A stretch of 64,000 nucleotides of DNA from the NCBI GenBank assembly GCA_965213935.1, contig CBDCAO010000009.1:43536-107535 (forward strand), written 5' to 3'. The notes below the pieces were generated by a model. The model was given only the letters and a program-made list of their open reading frames with translations, searched no databases and had not been told where the DNA came from. Source of the DNA: Thalassobaculaceae bacterium. GTDB lineage: Bacteria > Pseudomonadota > Alphaproteobacteria > Thalassobaculales > Thalassobaculaceae. The translations under genes and the position numbers were made by a program. Positions within the stretch are counted from its first letter, which is position 1. Each line of letters begins with the position of its first letter. Positions 17,038 to 27,913 of the stretch are shown piece after piece.

Positions 17038-19323
17038 ATGGAGCAGAGCGGCAAGCACTACAGGTGGATCGGCACCCGTCCCATCCGTCCTGACGGCGTG
17101 GAGAAGGTGACAGGCCGGGCCAAGTTCGGCGCCGACTACGTCTTGCCTGGCATGCTCGTTGGCAAGGTGCTGCGAAGTCCGCATGCCCATGCCCGCATTC
17201 GGTCGATCGATGTGTCCAGGGCCGAGGCCCTGCCCGGTGTCCAGGCCGTGTTGACCTCCGCCGACTTTCCCGACCAGACCTTCGCCTATGTCGGACCGGA
17301 TCGGGTGGCAGTGAACTTCTACCATGTTACCCGCAATGTGATGGCGCGCGAGAAGGCGCTCTACGAGGGACACGCGGTCGCCGCGGTCGCCGCCACCAGC
17401 TCCGAGATTGCCGATGTCGCTCTCGGCCTGATCGAGGTCGACTACGAGGTGCTGCCGCATGTCATCGACGCGCGCGAGGCCGCCGGTCCCGACGCGCCGC
17501 TGCTGTTCGAGGACATGATCACCCGCGGCATCGAGCCGGCTCCGACCACTCCGTCCAATGTCTCGAAGACGGTGACATTCGAACTCGGTGACATGGAGGC
17601 CGGATTCGCCGCCGCAGACGAGGTCGTGGAAATGGATTTCCACACCGCTCCTGTCCACCAGGGTTACATCGAGCCGCATGCCTGCACCGCACGCTACAAC
17701 GAGGATGGGCAGGGGGAGATCTGGACCTCGACCCAGGGCCACTTCGTGGTGCGGGCGCTGACCTCGCGGCTGCTCGGGCTCAAGGCCGCGGACCTGCGGG
17801 TCTACCCGGCCGAGATCGGCGGTGGCTTCGGCGGCAAGACCGTTGTCTACCTCGAGCCGGTGGCTCTGGCACTGTCGCGCAAGGCCGGCAAGGCGGTGCG
17901 CGCGGTCATGACACGCGAGGAGGTGTTCAAGGCCTCCGGCCCGACATCGGGTGGTTCAATGACGGTCAAGATCGGCTGTACCCGCGACGGGACGATCACC
18001 GCTGCGGAGGGAACCTTCCACATCCAGGCCGGCGCCTTTCCTGGTGGACCGGTTATGAACTGCTGCATGTGCGCCTTTGCTCCCTATGCGATCGCGAACC
18101 AGAAGGCGACCGGATACGACGTGGTGAGCAACCGGCCGAAGGCGGCAGCCTACCGTGCGCCGGGCTCGCCGATTTCGGCCTTTGGTGTCGAGAGCGTGCT
18201 CGACGTGCTCGCCAAGCGCATCGGCATGGATCCGCTCGCCTTCCGGCTGAAGAACGCGGCCGTTGAGGGAAGTCCGACCATCATGGGCACGCGTCATCCC
18301 AGTTTCGGCTACCGCGAGACCGTCGAGGTGCTGCTCGAGCACGAGCATCTCGGCCAGCCGCTGGGGCCCAACCAGGGCCGCGGCGTCGCGTCCGGCTACT
18401 GGTTCAACGGCGGAGGCGAATCGAGCGCCACCCTGCACCTGAACGCGGACGGCACCGCGGTGGTGGCCACCGGAAGCCCCGACATTGGCGGCTCGCGGGC
18501 CTCGATGGCGCTGATGGCGGCCGAGACCCTCGGCATCGACTACAGCCAGGTCAGGGCGATCGTGACCGACACCGCCAACGTCGGCTACACCCACGTTACC
18601 GGCGGCAGCAGGGTCACGCTTGCGACCGGTGCGGCGGTGATCAAGGCGGCCGAGGCCTGCATCGAGGAACTGCGCAAGCGAGCCGCACTGATCTGGGACG
18701 TCGATGTCGATGGCGTGATCTGGGAAAACGGCATGGCCAAGCCGGCCAGCACCAATGTCGGAGATTTCGACCCGCTGCCACTGGCCGACCTGACCGCACG
18801 CGCTGCCCAGACCGGCGGGCCGATCGGGGCGGCCGGACAGGTGAACGCCGGCGGGGTTTCGCCCGGACTTGCGACCCACGTCGTCGACGTCGAGGTCGAC
18901 CCGGAGACCGGCAAGGTCACCATCCTGCGCTACACCGCGTCCCAGGATGTCGGCCGCGCGATCCATCCCTCCTACGTCGAGGGACAGATCCAGGGCGGTG
19001 TGGTGCAGGGCATCGGCTGGGCGCTCAACGAGGAGTACATCTACGACGACCGGGGCCGGCTCCAGAACGCCGGGTTCCTCGACTACCGTGTGCCGGTGGC
19101 GTCGGATGTGCCCATGGTCGAACCGGTCATGGTCGAGAAGCCGAACCCGAACCACCGCTACGGTGTCAAGGGTGTCGGCGAGGTGAACATCTGTCCTCCG
19201 ATGGCCGCGATTGCCAACGCGATCGAGAACGCCACCGGGGTGCGAATGCACAACCTGCCGATGTCGCCGCCCCGGTTGCTGGCGGCACTCGACGCCGCCC
19301 GGCTGCCGGAAGCAGCCGACTGA
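17038..19323 (+). CDS. xanthine dehydrogenase-family molybdopterin-binding subunit
   Basis: 761 aa. It has an a/b-hammerhead N-terminus (GRAKFGADYVLPGMLVGKVLRSPHAHARI) and a Mo-binding core (YPAEIGGGFGGK, GSPDIGGSR, KGVGE). Confidence 0.9.
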   Translation: MEQSGKHYRWIGTRPIRPDGVEKVTGRAKFGADYVLPGMLVGKVLRSPHAHARIRSIDVSRAEALPGVQAVLTSADFPDQTFAYVGPDRVAVNFYHVTRNVMAREKALYEGHAVAAVAATSSEIADVALGLIEVDYEVLPHVIDAREAAGPDAPLLFEDMITRGIEPAPTTPSNVSKTVTFELGDMEAGFAAADEVVEMDFHTAPVHQGYIEPHACTARYNEDGQGEIWTSTQGHFVVRALTSRLLGLKAADLRVYPAEIGGGFGGKTVVYLEPVALALSRKAGKAVRAVMTREEVFKASGPTSGGSMTVKIGCTRDGTITAAEGTFHIQAGAFPGGPVMNCCMCAFAPYAIANQKATGYDVVSNRPKAAAYRAPGSPISAFGVESVLDVLAKRIGMDPLAFRLKNAAVEGSPTIMGTRHPSFGYRETVEVLLEHEHLGQPLGPNQGRGVASGYWFNGGGESSATLHLNADGTAVVATGSPDIGGSRASMALMAAETLGIDYSQVRAIVTDTANVGYTHVTGGSRVTLATGAAVIKAAEACIEELRKRAALIWDVDVDGVIWENGMAKPASTNVGDFDPLPLADLTARAAQTGGPIGAAGQVNAGGVSPGLATHVVDVEVDPETGKVTILRYTASQDVGRAIHPSYVEGQIQGGVVQGIGWALNEEYIYDDRGRLQNAGFLDYRVPVASDVPMVEPVMVEKPNPNHRYGVKGVGEVNICPPMAAIANAIENATGVRMHNLPMSPPRLLAALDAARLPEAAD

Positions 19324-19336
19324 GGGAACCGGCGCG

Positions 19337-19597
19337 GTGATCAAGCCCACGGTCCGGGTCGTTCTCGCGAACAGTCTCTCGCGCCAGTACACCGGCGGCG
19401 AGACCGAGTTCGAGGTCGAGGCGGCCCGGGTCCGCGATGTCCTGCGTGCGCTCGAGGAACGCTTCCCGGGAATCCGGGCCCATCTCGAGGAAGAGACCGC
19501 GGTCTCGATCGACGGCATGATCTACGATGATGCCTACCTGCAGGATGTCACCGGGTCGCGCGAGGTGTTCTTCATTCCGAAACTGGATGCCGGGTAG
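19337..19597 (+). CDS. MoaD/ThiS-family ubiquitin-like small protein
   Basis: GTG start 13 nt after the Mo-subunit stop. The 86-aa product ends in ...FFIPKLDAG, with the layout of MoaD/ThiS-like proteins. Confidence 0.55.
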   Translation: MIKPTVRVVLANSLSRQYTGGETEFEVEAARVRDVLRALEERFPGIRAHLEEETAVSIDGMIYDDAYLQDVTGSREVFFIPKLDAG

Positions 19598-20810
19598 GAT
19601 CGGGCTGGTTCGGGTCCATGATCTGGCCACCGGTATCGTCGACGCCGGAATAGAGCCAGGCCATGCCCCTGTAGGTGTCATCCAGGCTGCGGCCGCCCAG
19701 CAGGAAATTGCGCAGGTCGGCGCTTGCGTCCGACAGGTGAAAGACCTCGCCGTAGAACCGTGACGTGAGCTGGACCCGGGCAGTCCGCAGGTAGCGGTCG
19801 GCCTGGTAGCGTTCAAGCGCCGCGGCGATATCGCCGTTGCAGCGTCCGAGCCGGTCAGCCAGGCACACCGCGTCCTCGATCGCCATGCAGGCTCCCTGGG
19901 CCAGGTATTGCAGCGTCGGGTGTGCCGCATCTCCGAGCAGGCCGACCCTGCCGCGACTCCAGCGCCGCACCGGTTCGCGGTCGCACAGTACCCACATGCG
20001 CCAGGACTCGATGCGTCCGAGCAGGGCCTGCACATCGGCGCACTGGCCCGAAAACGAGGCATGCAGCTCCGCCGGATCGCCAAACACGTCCCATCCCTGG
20101 TCGTGACGGTCACTGTGAAACACCGCCACGAGGTTCATGATGTCCCCGCGATGCAGTCGGTACTGGACGAGATGGGTGCGGGCTCCGACCCACGCCACCA
20201 CCGTGTCGAACTGCAGGTGGCCGGGGACCTGTTCAATCGGCAGCACCGCCCGGTAGGCAACGTGCCCGACGACACGCGGGGCCCCGTCTCCGACCACCGA
20301 ACTGCGGATACCCGACCACAGCCCGTCGGCACCCACCAGTCCCGATCCCTCATGGCGCGTGCCATCGGCACAGGTGACGGTGACCGACGTCCCGTTGTCC
20401 TCGTGGGCGACCACGTTGCAACCGAGTTCGAGTTCGACTCCGGGTAGCGCACGGCACGCATCGACCAGGATCCGGTGCAGGTCCGGACGGAAGATCACGC
20501 CGTAGGGATAGGTGAACCGTTCACGGAACCCGGGCGTGTTGACCGGCACCCGGATAATCTCGTCGCCGGAAAATCCGTCGCGCATGACCAGTGCGCGCGG
20601 AAAGAATGCGAGATCGCTGACCGCTTCGGTCAGCCCCAGCTCCCGGAACATCCTGAACACGTTCGGGCCGAGTTGCAGCCCGGCCCCGACCTCGCCGAAT
20701 TCATCCGCCTGTTCGAGCAGGCGGACGGCATATCCCTTGCGTCCGAGCGCCAGCGCTGCGGCCAGCCCGCCGATCCCCCCGCCCGCAACCAGTATCGGTC
20801 GACCTGCCAT
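19572..20810 (-). CDS. FAD-dependent aromatic monooxygenase (3-hydroxybenzoate 6-hydroxylase/salicylate hydroxylase-like)
   Basis: ILVAGGGIGGLAAALALGRKGYAVRLLEQADEFGEVGAGLQLGPN and GRVGLLGDAAHPTLQYLAQGACMAIEDA are class-A flavoprotein monooxygenase motifs. Confidence 0.85.
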   Translation of the reverse strand: MAGRPILVAGGGIGGLAAALALGRKGYAVRLLEQADEFGEVGAGLQLGPNVFRMFRELGLTEAVSDLAFFPRALVMRDGFSGDEIIRVPVNTPGFRERFTYPYGVIFRPDLHRILVDACRALPGVELELGCNVVAHEDNGTSVTVTCADGTRHEGSGLVGADGLWSGIRSSVVGDGAPRVVGHVAYRAVLPIEQVPGHLQFDTVVAWVGARTHLVQYRLHRGDIMNLVAVFHSDRHDQGWDVFGDPAELHASFSGQCADVQALLGRIESWRMWVLCDREPVRRWSRGRVGLLGDAAHPTLQYLAQGACMAIEDAVCLADRLGRCNGDIAAALERYQADRYLRTARVQLTSRFYGEVFHLSDASADLRNFLLGGRSLDDTYRGMAWLYSGVDDTGGQIMDPNQPDPTRHPVSE

Positions 20811-21387
20811 CGTCTTTCCTCCACCGACACCCGGCATCACCGGTCGCGCAGTCTGTCGGATTCACTGGCACGTGGCCAGAGCCGCCCCGGGAGTGTGGCG
20901 GGCGTGTATCCATGCTGTTCTCGTTCGAACCCGGCCACTGGTCCATGCCATTCCGTTCTGTTCACACGGCAGGTCTTCACCTCGATTCGCCTCCGCGACC
21001 CAACGGGCCCTCGAGACCATCCTCCGACCCTGTCCGGGCGAACGGGGTCATGCCCTGATGACAGCGGGCGAGCGCTGTGACAGCGGTGCCCGGTCGGGAA
21101 GCGGCAGTACACGATGGCGCAAAATTGCGCTTGACAATGGGGGAAGCTCATAGGGGTCCCTACACGATACCGCCGAAGACCGGGGAGGCGGGCCCGGCTG
21201 GTTGCAGAACCGGCCCGGCAACGAAGCGGCAACGCCGGCACTGCACACGTGGCGCCGGGAGCATCACGGTTCGGCGACGCGAAGGGCTGCCGAAGCCTTC
21301 CGGGCGGTGATATGCGGCGTCCGAACCGGGCCTGGCGCCCGGCCGGTGCGGGCCGGTTCCTCGCGTCGCCAACGACAGTTTCGAAAG

Positions 21388-21423
21388 GGGCCTACGGCAG
21401 GGGGTGCCTCCCCTCGACTCCAC
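21388..21423 (+). repeat. 36-nt copy (33/36 identical) of the 3' terminus of the group II intron at 56860-56895
   Basis: GGGCCTACGGCAGGGGGTGCCTCCCCTCGACTCCAC versus the reverse complement of 56860-56895, GGGCCTACGGCAGGGCGCGCCTCCCCTCGACTCTAC. It is preceded at about 21344-21359 by GGTGCGGGCCGGTTC, which equals the intron domain V 3' half minus 12 nt. Confidence 0.8.
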
Positions 21424-21821
21424 TTTGTAGTCCCTTTCGAAACCGTCGCCGACCTTCACGTCGCAAAGGCGTTCGGCCGCTCGGCCAGATGGGCAAGACA
21501 AGACAGGTGATCTGCCCTGGCCACCACCGGCACCTGTGCGATACCGCGCGCAAGGTCTGCCCGGGCGTGCGGATCCATCGTCTGCCCACCCGGTGCAGCC
21601 AGAAGCCCGGTTGCCGAGCGCTGGCTGCGGCGATGACAGCAGGCTCGAACCACACGGTTCCCACTATTTCTATTTTTCAACTACTTAACAGGCATTTGTT
21701 AATGTCGTTTCGAGAGCATCAGACAGTTGCGGCGGCCAAGCCCGCTCTATATATTCCGTGCAATTTTCCGCACTCAGTCTACTTCGGCGCGTGGTGCGGG
21801 CGACGCAGCTGGAGAGTGTAT

Positions 21822-22238
21822 ATGCGGGTACCGGTCGCGCAGGACTACGAACCCACCGAACACGAGGAATTCATGAGCCCGCGGCAGCTTGAGTTTTTTC
21901 GTCGGCGGCTGCTCGACTGGAAGGCGGACCTGCTGCGGGAAGCCGGAACGACGCTCAACCATCTCACCCAGGGCAATCTCCAGCAACCCGACCTCGCTGA
22001 TCGTGCCTCGCTCGAGACCGACCACCAGATCGAGCTACGGACTCGGGACCGTGAACGCAAGCTGATCAGCAAGATCGACGAGGCGCTCGACAGGATCAGG
22101 AACGGCAGCTACGGCTACTGCGAGGAAACCGACGAACCGATCGCGTTGCGTCGTCTGATGGCCAGGCCGATTGCCACCCTGAGCCTCGAGGCCCAGGAAC
22201 GCCACGAACGTCTCGAACGGACCCACCGCGACGACTGA
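21822..22238 (+). CDS. dksA: RNA polymerase-binding transcription factor DksA
   Basis: 138 aa from the ATG behind GGAGAG. Supporting motifs are FRRRLLDWKADLL, the coiled-coil tip DLADRASLETD and the C-terminal GSYGYCEETDEPIALRRLMARP. An AT-rich promoter-like tract lies upstream. Confidence 0.9.
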   Translation: MRVPVAQDYEPTEHEEFMSPRQLEFFRRRLLDWKADLLREAGTTLNHLTQGNLQQPDLADRASLETDHQIELRTRDRERKLISKIDEALDRIRNGSYGYCEETDEPIALRRLMARPIATLSLEAQERHERLERTHRDD

Positions 22239-22510
22239 CGTCCTCCGGGCCCGTATGGAAGGGCGGAAAGCCGGCCCACCTCATCTGGTGGACACACACA
22301 CCCGGTGGTGGATCAGCCGCGATCGACTCCACAGTCTTGTTTCGCACAGATCATGATTATTTCATTGATATATGCGAACAAAACACGTATATACGATGGC
22401 CTGTGCCGGAATGACCGGTCAGTTCTCCCCGCACAGGGCTGAACGGACTGCACGGCATCACGGTTATGCGTTGCCACACCTCTGCACGGTGTGAGATATG
22501 GAGCAGGCAC

Positions 22511-23560
<1,050 letters not shown>

Positions 23561-23917
23561 CACCGGTCAGCGTCGGGATGCCACTGTCCGCCGTCCGTGA
23601 AGCGCGGGCAGGGATGTATGCCGGCTTGAGTCGTGCCTGTCGCGCGGCATGTACCCGACCCACGGGGACGCACGACCGTGTCAGGCGGACCAGGAAAGGA
23701 CCTGGTCCGGTGACCGACCGGGGATGAGGCCCACACCCTGCGCGTGCAGGCCCGGCCGATGACCCGGCACTCCGCGGTTCACTCAACGATCCTGATCCCG
23801 GTCCCTGCACGTCCGACCCCGGGACCTGTGGACATGTCGCAGCCGCTTGCGTAAAACCCGGTCGAAGCCGGCGGGACGTCACCGGGCCGCCCGGACCGCT
23901 GTGGAGGGGCGGACAGG

Positions 23918-26587
23918 ATGCAGACCACCAGCGACATACGCGCGACATTCCTCGAGTTTTTCGCAAGGCGCGATCATGCGGTGGTCACCTCGAGCCCGCT
24001 GGTGCCGCAGAACGATCCGACGCTGCTGTTTACCAACGCCGGGATGGTGCAGTTCAAGAACGTGTTCACCGGCGTGGAAACGCGCGATCCGCCGCGCGCG
24101 GTCAGCTCGCAGAAATGCGTCCGCGCCGGAGGCAAGCACAACGACCTCGAGAACGTGGGCTACACCGCACGCCACCACACCTTCTTCGAGATGCTCGGCA
24201 ACTTTTCTTTCGGCGACTACTTCAAGGATGTCGCCATTGACCACGCCTGGTCCCTGATTACCCGGGAATACGGTCTCGCCCCCGACCGCCTGCTGGTTAC
24301 CGTCTACGCCGAAGATGACGAGGCGGCCAGGCTGTGGAAACGCATCGCCGGCCTGCCGGATGATCGCATCATCCGCATCGCGACCTCCGACAACTTCTGG
24401 GCCATGGGCGATACCGGTCCCTGCGGTCCCTGTTCGGAAATCTTCTACGACCACGGTGACGCGATTCCGGGTGGCCCGCCGGGCAGCCCTGACGAGGACG
24501 GGGACCGGTTCATCGAGATCTGGAACCTGGTCTTCATGCAGTTCGAGCAGCTCTCGGCCGATGAACGCGTCCCGTTGCCACGGCCGAGCATCGACACCGG
24601 AATGGGACTCGAGCGCGTCTCCGCCGTGCTGCAGGGGAGGCATGACAATTACGACATCGACCTGATGCGAGCCCTGATCGAGGCGTCGGCCGATGCATCG
24701 AACTCCGAGCCCGACGGCCCCCACGCGGTCTCGCACCGGGTCATTGCCGACCACCTGCGAGCATCCGCCTTCCTGATCGCCGACGGCGTGCTCCCGGCTC
24801 GGGAAGGTCGCGGGTACGTGTTGCGCCGGATCATGCGCCGTGCCATGCGCCACGCACATATCATCGGCTGCACCGAACCACTGATGTGGAAGCTCGTTCC
24901 CGCACTCGCTCGCCAGATGGGTGACGCGTTCCCGGAACTCCACCGGGCTCACGACCTGATCACCGAAACGCTGCGGCTCGAGGAATCCCGGTTTCGGGAA
25001 ACACTGGGTCGCGGCCTGCGGCACCTCGAACTGGCCACCGCACGGCTCGGAGAGCACGAGACCCTGCCGGGCGAGGAGGCGTTCAGACTGTACGACACCT
25101 ACGGCTTTCCCCTTGATCTGACCGAGGACATCCTGCGGGGCCAGAATCGCACGGTTGATCATGCGGGGTTCAACGCCGCGATGGAACGCCAGCGCGCGGC
25201 AGCCCGTGCCGCCTGGTCCGGTACCGGGGATGCCGCCGAGGACACGCGCTGGTTCGACTTGCGCGAGACCGCGGGAGCAACCGAGTTCCTGGGCTACAGC
25301 AGCGAGCGCGCCGAGGCGGAGGTCCAGGCGCTGGTTGTCGCGGGCGAAGGCCAGGGGTCGGTCCACGCAAACGCTGCACCGGTCGAGGTGCAGATCGTCG
25401 TCAACCAGACCCCGTTCTACGGCGAGGCAGGGGGCCAGGTCGGCGATCGCGGCACCCTGCGTTCCTCGCGCGGTGCCGAAGTCACGATCCTGGATGTCCA
25501 GCGACGCGTCGGCGACCTGTTCGTGCACTCGGCACGGCTCGAGGCGGGCGCGCTCGAGGTCGGGGATCCGGTGGAACTCGTGGTCGACTCTCCGCGGCGG
25601 TCACGCGTGCGCGCAAATCACTCGTCAACCCACCTGCTGCACGAGGCGCTGCGCCGGCAACTGGGTGGTCACGTGACCCAGAAGGGATCACTGGTCGCAC
25701 CCGACCGCCTGCGGTTCGACTTCGCCCATCCGGAACCGGTCGCACCTGCGGCTCTCCGCGCCATCGAATCCGAGGTCAACGACAGGATACGCCGCAACAG
25801 CGAGGTGACGACCACACTCATGGACCCAGACACCGCCATCACCGCCGGCGCCATGGCGCTGTTCGGCGAGAAGTATGGCGAGGAAGTCCGGGTGGTCTGC
25901 ATGGGCGGGGGGGATCCGGATGGCGGGAGGAACGCCTGGTCTGTTGAACTGTGCGGTGGCACCCACGTGACGCGCACCGGGGACATCGGCGTGTTCCGCA
26001 TCCTGTCGGAAGGTGCAGTCGCCTCCGGTGTTCGCCGGATCGAAGCCGTCACCGGTGCGTCGGCACTCGCCTACCTCGATGGGCGGGAGGATCTGCTCGG
26101 GCGTGCGGCAGCGCAGCTGCGGGCAACTCCCGACCAGCTTCCGGAACGTATCGGCGCCCTGGTCGAGGAACGGCGCCAGCTGGAACGCAAACTGCGAGAC
26201 CTGCGGCTCCGGATTGCAAGCGACGGCGGGTCGAACGGGGAGCACGCGCGCATCGGCGACATCCGGCTGATCACTCGGACACTGGAAGGGGTCCCGGCGC
26301 GCGAGCTGCGCACCATGGCCGACCGGCTCAGGTCGGAGATCGGTTCCGGAGTGATCACCATCATTGCCACCGACGCAGGCAAGGCATCGCTCGTGGTTGC
26401 GGTGACCGATGACCTGACCGACCGGCTTGATGCGGTCGTCCTGGCGCGGGCTGCAGCCGGTGCGCTGGGCGGCGGCGGCGGCGGCGGACGGCCCGATCTC
26501 GCACAGGCCGGCGGACCCGATGCCGGCGCCACTCCCGCGGCTCTCGCCGCGGTTCGACAGGCGCTGGCCGACGCCACGCGGTCCTGA
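23918..26587 (+). CDS. alaS: alanine--tRNA ligase
   Basis: 889 aa with [28 protein letters not shown] and the C-terminal [15 protein letters not shown]. Confidence 0.95.
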   Translation: MQTTSDIRATFLEFFARRDHAVVTSSPLVPQNDPTLLFTNAGMVQFKNVFTGVETRDPPRAVSSQKCVRAGGKHNDLENVGYTARHHTFFEMLGNFSFGDYFKDVAIDHAWSLITREYGLAPDRLLVTVYAEDDEAARLWKRIAGLPDDRIIRIATSDNFWAMGDTGPCGPCSEIFYDHGDAIPGGPPGSPDEDGDRFIEIWNLVFMQFEQLSADERVPLPRPSIDTGMGLERVSAVLQGRHDNYDIDLMRALIEASADASNSEPDGPHAVSHRVIADHLRASAFLIADGVLPAREGRGYVLRRIMRRAMRHAHIIGCTEPLMWKLVPALARQMGDAFPELHRAHDLITETLRLEESRFRETLGRGLRHLELATARLGEHETLPGEEAFRLYDTYGFPLDLTEDILRGQNRTVDHAGFNAAMERQRAAARAAWSGTGDAAEDTRWFDLRETAGATEFLGYSSERAEAEVQALVVAGEGQGSVHANAAPVEVQIVVNQTPFYGEAGGQVGDRGTLRSSRGAEVTILDVQRRVGDLFVHSARLEAGALEVGDPVELVVDSPRRSRVRANHSSTHLLHEALRRQLGGHVTQKGSLVAPDRLRFDFAHPEPVAPAALRAIESEVNDRIRRNSEVTTTLMDPDTAITAGAMALFGEKYGEEVRVVCMGGGDPDGGRNAWSVELCGGTHVTRTGDIGVFRILSEGAVASGVRRIEAVTGASALAYLDGREDLLGRAAAQLRATPDQLPERIGALVEERRQLERKLRDLRLRIASDGGSNGEHARIGDIRLITRTLEGVPARELRTMADRLRSEIGSGVITIIATDAGKASLVVAVTDDLTDRLDAVVLARAAAGALGGGGGGGRPDLAQAGGPDAGATPAALAAVRQALADATRS

Positions 26588-26632
26588 CAGGAGCGGTACA
26601 ACCCGCAGGTCCAGAACACAGGGGGTCCGGCA

Positions 26633-27493
26633 ATGCTGGAGCAGGCGCGGTTCCTGGGAACCGACACGTACATCGCAACGGAAGATCTCATGGTCGCGGT
26701 CAACGCGGCCGTTACGCTCGAACGCCCGCTCCTGGTGAAGGGGGAACCGGGGACCGGCAAGACGATCCTTGCACACGAGGTCGCCGAAGCGCTCGGAAAG
26801 CCGCTGATCGAATGGCACATCAAGTCGACTACCAGGGCACAGCAGGGGCTGTACGAGTATGACGCGGTGTCACGACTGCGCGACAGCCAGCTCGGCGACG
26901 AAAGGGTCGGCGACATCGCCAACTACATCCAGCGTGGCAAGCTGTGGGACGCATTTGCCTCGGATGAGCAGGTGGTGCTGCTGATCGACGAGATCGACAA
27001 GGCGGACATCGAGTTCCCGAACGACCTGCTGCTGGAACTCGATCGCATGGAGTTCTTCGTCTACGAGACCCGGAAACAGGTTCGGGCCCGGCACCGGCCG
27101 ATCGTGATCATCACGTCGAACAACGAGAAGGAACTGCCCGACGCCTTCCTGCGCCGCTGCTTCTTCCACTACATCCGCTTCCCCGATGCGGAAACCATGG
27201 AACGCATCGTCGAGGTGCACCACCCGAACCTCAAGAAGTCGCTGTTGCGCGAGGCATTGTCAGCCTTCTTCGAGATCCGCGAGGTTCCGGGTCTGAAGAA
27301 GAAGCCCTCGACGTCGGAGCTTCTCGACTGGATCAAGTTGCTGGTGGTCGAGGATATTCCCCCGGAGGCCCTGCGGATCAAGGACAAGAAGGACCTGATC
27401 CCGCCGCTCTATGGCGCCCTGCTCAAGAACGAGCAGGACGTCCACCTGTTCGAGCGGCTGGCCTTTCTCGCGCGGCGCCAGAACCGGAGCTGA
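26633..27493 (+). CDS. MoxR-family AAA+ ATPase
   Basis: Walker A is GEPGTGKT and Walker B is LLIDEIDKA. Length and N-terminus fit MoxR/CoxD-like ATPases. Confidence 0.85.
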   Translation: MLEQARFLGTDTYIATEDLMVAVNAAVTLERPLLVKGEPGTGKTILAHEVAEALGKPLIEWHIKSTTRAQQGLYEYDAVSRLRDSQLGDERVGDIANYIQRGKLWDAFASDEQVVLLIDEIDKADIEFPNDLLLELDRMEFFVYETRKQVRARHRPIVIITSNNEKELPDAFLRRCFFHYIRFPDAETMERIVEVHHPNLKKSLLREALSAFFEIREVPGLKKKPSTSELLDWIKLLVVEDIPPEALRIKDKKDLIPPLYGALLKNEQDVHLFERLAFLARRQNRS

Positions 27494-27494
27494 A

Positions 27495-27875
27495 GTGGTG
27501 GCGGCAGCGCGTCCCGCCATCGGACTGCTGGCCCTGCTGGCGACCACGGCCCCGCTCGCCGCGGACGACAGGGCGCTCGATGAGGCGCTGGACGCCTTCG
27601 GGCGTCACGCCGGTTATATCTCCGCGACGGTGCTGCCCTGCGGAGGCAAAGAGACGGAAATCGCCTGGTTTGCCGACATGGTCGAACGCATGGTGCGCCG
27701 GGCCGGCGGGATCGACGAGGATATCGGAGCCGTCACACGGTCAATGGAACAGGGCAGCGCCGAGGCGAAACCGGTTGCCCGGGACTGCACGGACGCGGGC
27801 GGACAGCAACTCGCGCTCATCCTCATGCAACTGCTCGATGAGGTCCGTTCCGGCCTTGAGCGCCGGCGGGAATAG
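27495..27875 (+). CDS. hypothetical secreted protein
   Basis: GTG start 2 nt after the MoxR stop. The N-terminal signal-like sequence is AARPAIGLLALLATTAPLAADD. No family recognised. Confidence 0.4.
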   Translation: MVAAARPAIGLLALLATTAPLAADDRALDEALDAFGRHAGYISATVLPCGGKETEIAWFADMVERMVRRAGGIDEDIGAVTRSMEQGSAEAKPVARDCTDAGGQQLALILMQLLDEVRSGLERRRE

Positions 27876-27913
27876 GCCGTACCGGCCGGGGTACGGGCAG
27901 GGAGACCGACACG

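Noticed and set aside
17956-19518. 520-aa minus-strand ORF
   Set aside because: It is antisense to the molybdopterin subunit gene. It is a shadow ORF.
21249-21821. Upstream extension making DksA 329 aa
   Set aside because: DksA homology starts at the ATG at 21822, which has its own RBS. The extension crosses the AT-rich promoter-like tract and the intron remnant.
22360-22410. SOS (LexA) box upstream of recA
   Set aside because: The AT-rich tract contains GAACAAAACACGTAT, which matches only the first half of the alphaproteobacterial GAAC-N7-GAAC / GTTC-N7-GTTC direct repeat. I cannot support a LexA site from sequence alone.
23879-25528. 549-aa minus-strand ORF
   Set aside because: It is antisense to alaS. 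It is a shadow ORF.
26468-26488. (GGC)6 trinucleotide repeat
   Set aside because: It lies inside alaS and encodes the Gly run of the conserved C-terminal [13 protein letters not shown] motif. It is not an independent repeat element or a contingency locus.
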